Source: an uncultured virus (IMG/VR IMGVR_UViG_3300032288_003839)
Lineage: Duplodnaviria > Heunggongvirae > Uroviricota > Caudoviricetes
Direction: 5' to 3' (one strand)
Virus record (IMG/VR): IMGVR_UViG_3300032288_003839
DNA: 62,281 bases
The stretch's first letter is position 1; the number at the start of each line of letters is the position of its first letter. Positions 29,808 to 39,074 of this stretch are shown piece after piece. A model generated the notes under the pieces. That model saw only the letters and a list, made by a program, of their open reading frames with translations. It made no database searches and was not told the DNA's origin. The position numbers and the translations under genes are program-made.

Positions 29808-29888
29808 ATGAAAGATAAATTAGATAATTTAATTTGGATGTTGATTTTAGTATCAAGTCTTTTAGTTGTAATAACACCACTAATATGA
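29808..29888 (+). CDS. 26-aa hydrophobic peptide, absent from the ORF track
   Basis: MKDKLDNLIWMLILVSSLLVVITPLI; ATG 4 nt after TAAATTTG; ATGA overlap with the next gene. Confidence 0.55.
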   Translation: MKDKLDNLIWMLILVSSLLVVITPLI

Positions 29889-30082
29889 AAAAGAAAATAA
29901 TTGAACCTAAGCCTGATCAATTCATCATTGTAAATGAGTTAGCTCAGGTCTTTTGTGGATTAAAAGGAGGTTATCCGGATTTCTCAGATGATTGGAAAGA
30001 AGCTAAACCTTTAAATAATGAAAATCAATTTAGGGCTGTTCAAAAGGGAACTACCTACAAATTAGAAATGATGTCACTTTAA
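29885..30082 (+). CDS. Hypothetical protein
   Basis: Start revised to 29885 (MKKKIIEPK). Confidence 0.65.
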   Translation: MKKKIIEPKPDQFIIVNELAQVFCGLKGGYPDFSDDWKEAKPLNNENQFRAVQKGTTYKLEMMSL

Positions 30083-30459
30083 TCAGTAATATTTATTTTC
30101 AAATAAAATGTATTACTACCTTTTAGTACCTGTAAGAATACTAAAGATGTTTTTTCAATTAGATTTTTTGGTATACTAATATAAAACTCATCATTTAGAC
30201 CTACATTATTTTCCTGAAATAAAACTTTTCGATGAGATCCATTTTCAATGTCTTGAAAGGTAACTCTAACCATTTCTTCTTTATCTTTGTTATCACCTCT
30301 GATAATAAATTGTGTTGACTCTAAAGTTGTTCTCTTTAGTGTAACATAAGCCACTCCATTCAATAAATATTTAAGTGAGCATTTTTTATTTATAGTATCT
30401 TGTGAATAAATAAAAGATGATAGTAAAATAAAGACTAATAATAAGATTATTTTTCTCAT
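30079..30459 (-). CDS. Putative exported protein
   Basis: Signal peptide ending IYSQ; TAATATATA upstream. Confidence 0.7.
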   Translation of the reverse strand: MRKIILLLVFILLSSFIYSQDTINKKCSLKYLLNGVAYVTLKRTTLESTQFIIRGDNKDKEEMVRVTFQDIENGSHRKVLFQENNVGLNDEFYISIPKNLIEKTSLVFLQVLKGSNTFYLKINITD

Positions 30460-30518
30460 AAACTATATATTAAAACTTTATTTGTGTAAATAATATAAAT
30501 AGAAAACAAAAATAAAAT

Positions 30519-31952
30519 ATGAAATCAGTAATTAAATTATTAGTTTTAGTTTGTATTTTTTTAATCTCTTCTTGTAGTAACAATAAACATGAAGAAAAAA
30601 GATGGGTTAGAAAAAATATACATACCACTGAAGCTAAGAAAGATGTAGAAGCACTTAACAAAGCTTTACAAATCATGAGATCTAAAGATTGTTCTGATCC
30701 ACTTAGTTGGTATTATCAAGGAGCAATGCACTGGATCCCCGATACTATAAAGAATAATCAACTTTGTAGTTGGTATCACAATGTAGGTGATGTAAAAGAA
30801 GGATGGGACAATTGCACTCACACACCAAGTGGTCAAGAGAAAATTCACTTCTTAATTTGGCACAGATTATATATCTATCATTTTGAAAAAATTGTTAGAA
30901 AATTATCAGGATATGAAGACTTTGCACTTCCGTATTGGGATTACACAGCATCTGGAGATAATAAAAAACTACCTGAAATGTTTAGAGATAAAAATAGTTC
31001 ATTATATGAACCAGCTAGATATGAAAATCTAAACAATGGTGAACCTGTTTCCGGTGAGATTGAAAGAGCATTAGACTTAACTAAATTAATGTCTTATACA
31101 AACTTTAAAATGTTCAGTAATAATATGAATAATGCACCACACGGAGCAATGCATGATTATATTGGAGCTGGAAATGATACAACAGGAACTCTTCAATTTA
31201 ACAATTCAATTACTGGTACAGTTACAAATACTGGTTTAATGGGTTGGGTTCCAACCGCGGCATTTGATCCAATCTTCTGGACACATCATTCTAATATTGA
31301 TAGACTTTGGCAACAATGGACAAATTCTGAAAATGGTAAATTAGTTACACTAGAAGAATTAAAATCAGCTGACTGGCCTTATATTTTCTTTGATGAAAAT
31401 GGGCAGAAGGTTACTTATACAATGGATAGCATTATTAAAATAATTTATACAATGGATTATGATTTTGATGATACTAAAGTAATGAGTAAGGAACAAACTC
31501 AACTAGTTAAATGTACTAAACCAGAGATAGTGGCTTCTTCTAATACAAGTGTTACCATAAATAGTCAAATAACAGATGCTGTTACTCAAATGGTTCCAAG
31601 ATTAACTTCTACAACTACAACAAATAATAAATTAACTATGACTTTAGTTGTATCACTTACAAAGGTACCTAAGGGTGTTTATGAGGTTTATGTTAATCAA
31701 TCTAAAACAGAAAAGATACATCCAAGTAATAAAAACTTTGCTGGGTATATGACTTTCTTTGGAGCGGATCATAAAATGGTCGGAGAATCTTGTGAGAAAG
31801 GTTGTTGTCGTCAACTAAGTAAATCAGGAAGACCACAATTTACTTTTGAATATGAGATTGATGCCAGTGATTCATATAATGTTTCAATATACAAACATAA
31901 TGGAAAACATACAGGTGATTTAACTATTGAAAGTATTACTATTACTAAGTAA
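30519..31952 (+). CDS. Tyrosinase / polyphenol oxidase family lipoprotein
   Basis: Lipobox-like LISSC; CuA site AMHW...CTH...FLIWHRLYI; LPYWDY; CuB site PHGAMH...AAFDPIFWTHHSNIDRLW. Confidence 0.93.
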   Translation: MKSVIKLLVLVCIFLISSCSNNKHEEKRWVRKNIHTTEAKKDVEALNKALQIMRSKDCSDPLSWYYQGAMHWIPDTIKNNQLCSWYHNVGDVKEGWDNCTHTPSGQEKIHFLIWHRLYIYHFEKIVRKLSGYEDFALPYWDYTASGDNKKLPEMFRDKNSSLYEPARYENLNNGEPVSGEIERALDLTKLMSYTNFKMFSNNMNNAPHGAMHDYIGAGNDTTGTLQFNNSITGTVTNTGLMGWVPTAAFDPIFWTHHSNIDRLWQQWTNSENGKLVTLEELKSADWPYIFFDENGQKVTYTMDSIIKIIYTMDYDFDDTKVMSKEQTQLVKCTKPEIVASSNTSVTINSQITDAVTQMVPRLTSTTTTNNKLTMTLVVSLTKVPKGVYEVYVNQSKTEKIHPSNKNFAGYMTFFGADHKMVGESCEKGCCRQLSKSGRPQFTFEYEIDASDSYNVSIYKHNGKHTGDLTIESITITK

Positions 31953-31964
31953 GTATCTAAACTT

Positions 31965-31997
31965 AAAAAAGACTCTAATAAATTAGAGTCTTTTTTG
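31965..31997. terminator. Bidirectional intrinsic terminator
   Basis: aaaaaagactctaat-aa-attagagtctttttt. Confidence 0.85.
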
Positions 31998-32092
31998 TGC
32001 ATTGTCGCCAGTGGTCAGGATCCGAATAAATCTTAATCCTAAGTATATATTTATTTTTTAAAACCTATATTAAATTTTACTATATAATAATT

Positions 32093-32428
32093 ATGATAAA
32101 AGTAGTAAAAATTAAAACAGATCTAACTCCTGAAAGAAATGAGGAGATATTAACAAACCTAACACCAGAAAGTAAATTACTACTATCTGACTTAGAGTTA
32201 TATACAGCATTTGACCAAATTGATAATGGTATAATTGTTTCTTATTTAGTAGGTAATGATATTAACATTGAAAAGGTAAAACAACACCTTGTTAAATTTG
32301 ATGTGAAATACACACTAGAAGATATTACAAATAATTTTGTAAAAGATGATAGTGTGGAATCTATAGACACTTTACTAAAGCTAACACCGGAAGATATTTT
32401 AGGCATCAAAGAATCTACAGATATGTAA
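32093..32428 (+). CDS. Hypothetical protein; probable paralog of 5448..5885
   Basis: K..KIKT...EDIT pattern; class B motif upstream. Confidence 0.7.
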   Translation: MIKVVKIKTDLTPERNEEILTNLTPESKLLLSDLELYTAFDQIDNGIIVSYLVGNDINIEKVKQHLVKFDVKYTLEDITNNFVKDDSVESIDTLLKLTPEDILGIKESTDM

Positions 32429-32456
32429 TTCCTATTATATAAGTATAATATATATA

Positions 32457-32825
32457 ATGATGAAATTTATATCTCTTATGATATCTATGATATTTTACAC
32501 AATTATTTTTTTATCTTGTGTAGTATTTGGTGTACTATTTATATCAGATTTATTTAATCTAACATTATTTGCTTTCAGAAAGCAGCCGTTTTATCATGAT
32601 ATTATTTGGATGAGGTCTGTTGTAGTTGACCATCACACTATCAAAGGATCCTATGGCGTTATCAATCTAATAGATGATTATGGATATACCATAAAGTATA
32701 AAGAAGGTAATGGAATTTTTATTATAAAAATTTCAAAAGAAAGAATGAAAAAGTTAATCGAATTACAAAAAGTATCTTACCGATTTAAGATATTCAGACC
32801 ACATATTTATTTCAAATTAGTTTAG
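32457..32825 (+). CDS. Membrane-anchored hypothetical protein
   Basis: N-terminal hydrophobic segment. Confidence 0.6.
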   Translation: MMKFISLMISMIFYTIIFLSCVVFGVLFISDLFNLTLFAFRKQPFYHDIIWMRSVVVDHHTIKGSYGVINLIDDYGYTIKYKEGNGIFIIKISKERMKKLIELQKVSYRFKIFRPHIYFKLV

Positions 32826-33133
32826 AAATATTTTCTCTTATGAAATACATCATTACCTCTTACTCTTCTTTTAGATCTTAATCTATTTTGTCTTTCTAAA
32901 ATTTTACTAGATTCTTTTTTACCATTTGTTCTATATCTCTTAAATAATTTAGGAAGCTCTCTATTTTGTATAGGACCCGATTCTGTCTTTCTGTAAATCC
33001 ATGGGCTAGTCTTTAGTGGTCTATGAAACAAACCTCTTTTAGCTGTTCTAATCCTTTCTCTTTTTCTACCACCGGTTTGTGAATAAGTCAAGAAGGATGT
33101 AAGTATTAATATAAGTATGAGATACTTTTTCAC
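32822..33133 (-). CDS. Signal-peptide-bearing, very basic protein
   Basis: GTG start after TAATATATA; signal ends TYSQ; R/K-rich mature part. Confidence 0.65.
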   Translation of the reverse strand: MKKYLILILILTSFLTYSQTGGRKRERIRTAKRGLFHRPLKTSPWIYRKTESGPIQNRELPKLFKRYRTNGKKESSKILERQNRLRSKRRVRGNDVFHKRKYF

Positions 33134-33143
33134 TTACTATATA

Positions 33144-33359
33144 TTAAAGCTCAATCGCTGATGAGATATGATTAAACCAACTAACTCTCCAATCCTTAGT
33201 AGATTTGATAGATTTTTCAGCAGATTCAATATCAATTGGTTTGGATCCTATCCAAGTAATTTCATCAGATTCAACCACAAAATGATGTTCAATATTATTT
33301 TCAGTTAGAACACCCATTTGTTTAATTATAATTTTTCCTAGTTTAACATACATAATCAA
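33144..33359 (-). CDS. Hypothetical protein
   Basis: Class B motif upstream. Confidence 0.55.
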   Translation of the reverse strand: MIMYVKLGKIIIKQMGVLTENNIEHHFVVESDEITWIGSKPIDIESAEKSIKSTKDWRVSWFNHISSAIEL

Positions 33360-33401
33360 TTTTATATTATAAAAACTAATAAGTTTAATTTAATATAATA
33401 A

Positions 33402-33749
33402 TTGATGAACAAACCATTAATAATAGCTTTTATATTAATTATAATATCTCAAGTACTAGCCTATCTACAATTACAAAGTCAATTCTTTTTCACTTGGGCA
33501 AAACAACATCCAATTATAATAGCAATGTTTGGATTTCCTATTTCTATATTACTAATTTATTTTACTAAATATTGTGCTATTGCCTTTGATGGTCAAACTT
33601 GGCCAGGTAGATTAATAGGATTTTCAGTAGGTGCTATTGTGTTTGCTTTACTTTCACATTTTATATTAAATGAACAGTTTAATACCAAGACATTAATTTG
33701 TTTAGGTTTGTCCTTTTTGATTCTAATTGTTCAAATTTTCTGGAAATAG
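33402..33749 (+). CDS. Four-TM membrane protein (SMR/DMT-like)
   Basis: Four hydrophobic helices; WPGRLIGF; LNE.FN.KT.ICL. Confidence 0.7.
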   Translation: MMNKPLIIAFILIIISQVLAYLQLQSQFFFTWAKQHPIIIAMFGFPISILLIYFTKYCAIAFDGQTWPGRLIGFSVGAIVFALLSHFILNEQFNTKTLICLGLSFLILIVQIFWK

Positions 33750-33794
33750 AGGTTTATTTTTTTATATATAGTATAATAAAAAATAAATTATTTT

Positions 33795-35933
33795 ATGGCA
33801 GGTAAATCAATAGATGATATTCTGAGACAGCAAGCAGCACAAAGCCAAGCTGAGATTCAAAGACAACAAGCTCAAGAAAGAGCTATATATGAACAAAGAG
33901 AAAGAGCTAGACAAGACTATCTTCAAAGAATGAGGATGTTTGAAAAATTGAGTAACTTCAACCCATCAGCAGCTTCTGCTGCGGCTGGAGGTAGTAGACC
34001 AAATCAAGCAATACCAACAATCAATGGTCATGCTGAGATTGTTTTATTTAAAACATCAGATTCAAGCAACTGGCAATATGTTATTCTTGATTATTTAGCA
34101 GAAACTATTTCTGATATTAAAGATACAGGTGTTGATAAGAATGATGGTTATGATATTAACATCGTTGAAAACACCGGATTTATAATTGAATTTGATAATG
34201 ATATATTATTTATTAATGATAATGCTGAAATAATTAAATCAGTAAGTAGATCAACTAATGATATTTATTCATCTAAAAATGGAAGAACATATTACATTGC
34301 TTATATGGACAATGGTACAGTTTATCACTTTGACGGTAAAACTGTAAATACATATAATCTTATTGAAACTTCAATTATTGATAATGTAAGATTTACTAAG
34401 AATGGTACTGTAGCTATAATTACTATTATTGGAACTGATGTTACTGGTTATGCTTGGAACCCAACAATTGGATTAGTATCTGTTTGGACTGGCGATAATG
34501 TATCAGGTGATAGATATAACGGTCTTGTAACATATAATGATGCTGAAATCTTTATGATTACTCAATTTAATGACAGAACTGCTGGTACAGATGGATGGAC
34601 AAAAATTAATGTTTTTGGTGAAGATGGTAGTACTAAATCTTCATTAGATGTTAGTGCTCTAAACACTGTGTTAAATCAAGGATATGATAACTACTTAGGT
34701 GGTAATAATGTAGAGTATAAATTCACTAGAAGTGGTTCTACTCACTCTTACTATTTTAATACTTACGATGCTGACAATGATGTTTGGAGATCTTATAATC
34801 ATGAAAAAGGAACAAGTTATGCTTCAGAAGATATATATTATCAAGAAAAGAATAATGATGGTGTTCAATTCACATCTTTGTCTAATGGTGTCTTACATTT
34901 ATTACATGATGGTACTACTCAAAGTGCTTATAACATTGACTTATATAGACACTTAGATGTTGTTTGGTCAATTGATGGTGGTACTTACAGTAGCTACACA
35001 GTTAACAATACAACAACCGCAACTAAAGGTGTTGATATAAATGATGCTAACCGAGATGGTATCAGTGGTCAATCTTTATATTTTGGTAAATCAATATTCT
35101 TACCAATGTGGTTAAATGATAGTACTTTCAGACTTTTATGCCTTACTTCAACACAGTCAGTTAATATTGCAGTTGGGTCAACTACTGGTCTAAATGGTGG
35201 TCAAGGTGACTCTACTAAAATACCTGGTTGGAACACAGGACAAAGATATGTTTCATTTAGAGTTGGTGATAACTTTGGTGTTTGGTTAGCATATGGTTCA
35301 AGTGATGTTTATAAAATCTACAATGAATTCGGAGCAAATGTAATATCATTAACAATGAGTACTACAGATACAAGATTACAATATACTGGTGATTTAGCGG
35401 TTATTACTAATAATACAACCGGAGTGGAATATGTATTTACTTCTACTGGTTTGAGTGCTTCTACTTACGCTACATACTCAGCACCTGGATACAGTCACTA
35501 TGGTCTAAAACCTACTTATGTTGATGGTGATACAACACCTTCTCTTATGATAAATCTAAATGAAGGTGGTATATCATATGGTTCAAGTAGAATTTATACA
35601 GATACTGATGTATATGATTTTACATTACCTGATATGACATATGCTAGATGGTTAAGTGACCAATATTCTGTTCACTTAGCTCAAAATGATAATTATATTC
35701 TTTACTTCTATGATTGGACAGGTACTTTATTAGCGACAGTTGATACAGGAATTGTTGTTTCAGGTACATCATATGAAGCAAATTTAGTTAAAGATAGAAT
35801 TTACTTTAAGGTAACTAATAGTGGAACAACAACATTCTACTACTTCTCTCCAACTAAATCAGATTCTGTTTCTGTTCAAAATATAACTAGTGATACTGTT
35901 AGTTATGACTATTGGAATTGGAAGATTGATTAA
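33795..35933 (+). CDS. Large beta-rich protein, possibly virion-associated
   Basis: Q/R-rich helical N-terminus, AAAGGS linker, T/S/G/Y/D-rich body; TATATA motif upstream. Confidence 0.7.
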   Translation: MAGKSIDDILRQQAAQSQAEIQRQQAQERAIYEQRERARQDYLQRMRMFEKLSNFNPSAASAAAGGSRPNQAIPTINGHAEIVLFKTSDSSNWQYVILDYLAETISDIKDTGVDKNDGYDINIVENTGFIIEFDNDILFINDNAEIIKSVSRSTNDIYSSKNGRTYYIAYMDNGTVYHFDGKTVNTYNLIETSIIDNVRFTKNGTVAIITIIGTDVTGYAWNPTIGLVSVWTGDNVSGDRYNGLVTYNDAEIFMITQFNDRTAGTDGWTKINVFGEDGSTKSSLDVSALNTVLNQGYDNYLGGNNVEYKFTRSGSTHSYYFNTYDADNDVWRSYNHEKGTSYASEDIYYQEKNNDGVQFTSLSNGVLHLLHDGTTQSAYNIDLYRHLDVVWSIDGGTYSSYTVNNTTTATKGVDINDANRDGISGQSLYFGKSIFLPMWLNDSTFRLLCLTSTQSVNIAVGSTTGLNGGQGDSTKIPGWNTGQRYVSFRVGDNFGVWLAYGSSDVYKIYNEFGANVISLTMSTTDTRLQYTGDLAVITNNTTGVEYVFTSTGLSASTYATYSAPGYSHYGLKPTYVDGDTTPSLMINLNEGGISYGSSRIYTDTDVYDFTLPDMTYARWLSDQYSVHLAQNDNYILYFYDWTGTLLATVDTGIVVSGTSYEANLVKDRIYFKVTNSGTTTFYYFSPTKSDSVSVQNITSDTVSYDYWNWKID

Positions 35934-35945
35934 TCAATAAAGATA

Positions 35946-35973
35946 AAAACCCTCTTTTTAAGAGGGTTTTTTA
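35946..35973 (+). terminator. Intrinsic terminator
   Basis: aaaaccctctt-ttt-aagagggttttt. Confidence 0.85.
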
Positions 35974-36001
35974 TTTTAAATAAATTTAATATATTTGTAA
36001 A

Positions 36002-36211
36002 ATGGAATTAATAGAAATTTGGGGATATCTCTCTATGATAATTGTCCTTATATCAGTAATGATGAAGGATGTGAAAAAACTAAGAATAACAAACTCAATT
36101 GCTTGTGCAATGTTTATTGTTTATGGACTTAATCTACACGCCTACCCAATAGTTATAATGAACTCATTGGTTATTGTAATTAATCTATGGCGATTAAAAA
36201 GTCCTAAGTAG
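36002..36211 (+). CDS. YgjV-like small inner-membrane protein
   Basis: GYL...VLIS..MK....LR..N.I.C..FIVYG....AYP...N. Confidence 0.75.
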   Translation: MELIEIWGYLSMIIVLISVMMKDVKKLRITNSIACAMFIVYGLNLHAYPIVIMNSLVIVINLWRLKSPK

Positions 36212-37085
36212 TGATTGTAACAGTAGAAGCAGTTGTTCCAGCTACATTTACACCAGTTATAGTAACTACATAACTTAATCCGGATGATGCTTTAGTATAA
36301 GCATAACTTCCAGCATTCACAACTTCCTTAGTTACCTGTGATGAGTTATTAACATATATCTCATTTCCTAAATCTGAATAAAGCTTACCAGATTCTTTAA
36401 TAACAACTTGATATCTATCTACACCAGATAATTGATTCCATGTGATATTTAAATTAGGAACACTAACACTCCAAGTAACACCAAGAGCACCAGTTGGTTG
36501 AACAAAAGAAGCAACTCTGTCATTCCATTTTGAAATGGTATAATTTGGACTACCATTTGTCCAAGTAACAGTCTCAACAGATCCTGATGTTGTTACTTTT
36601 TTAATAAACCAATTATCATCAGTATTAGCAGAGCTTGTATTAGTTGAGTATCCATAATATACAGTTGGTGAAGATATATCTCTTCTTAGCCAATTATTAG
36701 CAAAGAAAGAACTAATTATTTTTTCCTCAACAATCATAGATAATTGACCCATTTCTGTATATCTAGCAGACATACCACTACTACCAACAACTTTAACATA
36801 ATATGTATATGTACCAGATACTGGTGTATCAATAACCGACATAGCAACTGTCATATTCAAACCACTAGCTGATGATTCAATGTGAAGTATTTCACCAATT
36901 GCTGTTGAATCTCTATAAATTTGTAATCTATGCCAACCACCGCTACCTACTGGCTCAGCATCTCCAGTGACAGTTATCTTAACCGGAAATCCACTTGTTG
37001 TTATTGTTGCACTTTGTAAAGTACTATTTGTAGCACTTACGGTTACTTGACCCGCGGCACCTATTACATAATTTAAATCTAACAT
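36204..37085 (-). CDS. Ser/Thr/Gly-rich beta protein with FN3-like C-terminus, putative virion protein
   Basis: DTP.SGTYTY.V; W.IKKV...W.DR; ITW......Y.V; TAATATATA upstream. Confidence 0.65.
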   Translation of the reverse strand: MLDLNYVIGAAGQVTVSATNSTLQSATITTSGFPVKITVTGDAEPVGSGGWHRLQIYRDSTAIGEILHIESSASGLNMTVAMSVIDTPVSGTYTYYVKVVGSSGMSARYTEMGQLSMIVEEKIISSFFANNWLRRDISSPTVYYGYSTNTSSANTDDNWFIKKVTTSGSVETVTWTNGSPNYTISKWNDRVASFVQPTGALGVTWSVSVPNLNITWNQLSGVDRYQVVIKESGKLYSDLGNEIYVNNSSQVTKEVVNAGSYAYTKASSGLSYVVTITGVNVAGTTASTVTITT

Positions 37086-37142
37086 ATTAAAAATTTTCTA
37101 ATTTTCTTATATATTAAAAAACAATCCTTATATTTGTAATCT

Positions 37143-37754
37143 ATGAAATTGAATTTTAAACAAAAGGAATTATTCGAATGGAAATACAAACGCCAACCTA
37201 AAGTGTGGTCGATTGAGCAAGTTCATAACCTTTATTTAAAAACTTTAGAAAGACATAATATCAGACAAAAAAAACTACTTGATGTTAGAGATAGAATTGT
37301 TAGTGAAGTAGAAGAATTTGAAAAAGGTAAAAGAAAAGTTTATTTCACCAAAGATGATAAGATTTATCAAAGAGAGTTTAACTATTATTTAGAGTATGAT
37401 AGCTGGGGAACTTCTTGGGATGTTCTTAAATTCACATCAGATAAAACTATTTTTAGCAGAGACCAAAAGTTGGAATTTCTTTTATCAAATGATAAACAAT
37501 TTGAATTAGGTGAGTTATATGAAAGTTTAAAAGGTAATACAAAATGTTTACATCATTATATATGGCATGTTCTTTCTGAAATGGTTGAAGAAAAACTAAG
37601 AGTGGAATTCAAAGGTAAAGACTCACCAGAGATTTTAACTATTGATATATCTGGTCATAAATATTATGTTGTTTGTGATAAACAACACATGTATAATAGA
37701 TTCTATAAGAAATTTGAATTAAAAAATAAAGAAGCTGAACCTATAGAAATATAA
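37143..37754 (+). CDS. Hypothetical protein with internal RxxKL tag
   Basis: SRDQKLEFLL in mid-protein; TATATTTG upstream. Confidence 0.7.
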   Translation: MKLNFKQKELFEWKYKRQPKVWSIEQVHNLYLKTLERHNIRQKKLLDVRDRIVSEVEEFEKGKRKVYFTKDDKIYQREFNYYLEYDSWGTSWDVLKFTSDKTIFSRDQKLEFLLSNDKQFELGELYESLKGNTKCLHHYIWHVLSEMVEEKLRVEFKGKDSPEILTIDISGHKYYVVCDKQHMYNRFYKKFELKNKEAEPIEI

Positions 37755-37756
37755 AT

Positions 37757-38200
37757 ATGGAAATATCATTAATCATACTATCATTCACCTTATTACTGAG
37801 TATTATATTCATTTTTAGATTATATACAATTAACTCAGAATTAAAATCTGAAAATGATAAATTAAAATCAGAAGTAGATAAATCTAAAAAGGATAAGGAA
37901 GAACTTGTTTCAATTGATCCAGGTGATAGAGCAATTATTCCAAATTATGGAATGATACAAACAGACACAAAAGAGTCATTTAAAGTTACTTATGAAGTTG
38001 AGATAGTAGAGGTATCTGTGGATAAAGTAAAAGTTAAAGCCATTGATTTCACATCAAATGATAAATTTGCAAAAGATCCAAAACATAAAAATGCTATAGT
38101 AGATTTTATGAAAGATAAATGGATCTCAAAAAAAGATATTGAATTGATTGTTGATGATTCAATGCGTAGAGATGCTAAACTTCAAGAAATATTAGGATGA
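37757..38200 (+). CDS. Membrane-anchored protein with C-terminal RxxKL tag
   Basis: N-terminal TM, coiled coil; ends RRDAKLQEILG. Confidence 0.75.
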   Translation: MEISLIILSFTLLLSIIFIFRLYTINSELKSENDKLKSEVDKSKKDKEELVSIDPGDRAIIPNYGMIQTDTKESFKVTYEVEIVEVSVDKVKVKAIDFTSNDKFAKDPKHKNAIVDFMKDKWISKKDIELIVDDSMRRDAKLQEILG

Positions 38201-38733
38201 TAACAACAATACATATAGTTGAGAATTCAAATGGTGAACTGGAAATAGTTGACTCAAGTAAACTAAAAGGAGGAGGCCCTTCTCATAGCTATACAATCCG
38301 TAAGAGGTACTTTGATGAAGATGGTGAATCATCCTACTATGATGAGTTTGTTAATATTAAACACACATTTAAAGTTATAACAAGTGGTGAATTCATTCTT
38401 AATGATAATGACACCTCTAATCTAAATGCTTATAATATGACTTCTGGGTTAGGACAGATTAATAAATTAGCTTATGCTTATTCAGCTACTATTCTTATCA
38501 TAGTTGGAACTACTAATAAATTATGGAATAATGATGTTGTTTATACTGAATCAGGAATTAAAGAAACCAGATTTGACATGTATTCATATCATGTAAATGA
38601 ACCTAAACAAAGATATTTAGAAGATAGATTACCATATGAAGTTTATGATAATTTAGATTTCACTAATATCTTATCAAAATATCTAAGCACGTCATTTATT
38701 AGAAATTCTAAAATAGATGAAATATTAAAATAA
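38197..38733 (+). CDS. Hypothetical protein with C-terminal RxxKI tag
   Basis: Ends IRNSKIDEILK. Confidence 0.75.
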   Translation: MITTIHIVENSNGELEIVDSSKLKGGGPSHSYTIRKRYFDEDGESSYYDEFVNIKHTFKVITSGEFILNDNDTSNLNAYNMTSGLGQINKLAYAYSATILIIVGTTNKLWNNDVVYTESGIKETRFDMYSYHVNEPKQRYLEDRLPYEVYDNLDFTNILSKYLSTSFIRNSKIDEILK

Positions 38734-38794
38734 ATTTTGTAGATTAGAAAATTAAATCTATATTTGTAATATAAACCAATTAAAACTAAAAAAC

Positions 38795-39073
38795 ATGTTT
38801 AAAACATTAATGGTATTTGTTGTGTTAGGATTTATAGGGCTGTTAGTATTCTCAGCATATCAAGTCGTAAAACAATTATCAGACAAACCAAAAGAAACAA
38901 AGAAAACAACAACTGATGAAATTGAAGATTTGATCACAAAGATTAAAATCAAAATCACACAAGCTGATTTAGACCAAATGGCTGGTATAGAAGGAGCTGA
39001 AAAAGAATTACAATATTGGAAAGACCAATTAGCACAAACACAATTACTAAAAGAAAAAACTAAAAATCTATAA
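38795..39073 (+). CDS. Single-TM protein preceding the SPFH gene
   Basis: N-terminal TM; TATATTTG at 38759. Confidence 0.7.
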   Translation: MFKTLMVFVVLGFIGLLVFSAYQVVKQLSDKPKETKKTTTDEIEDLITKIKIKITQADLDQMAGIEGAEKELQYWKDQLAQTQLLKEKTKNL

Positions 39074-39074
39074 T

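Noticed and set aside
31998..32045. HDV-like (theta) ribozyme suggested by tggcgac
   Set aside because: I could not build the P1/P2/P3 double pseudoknot; kept only as a generic small-RNA candidate.
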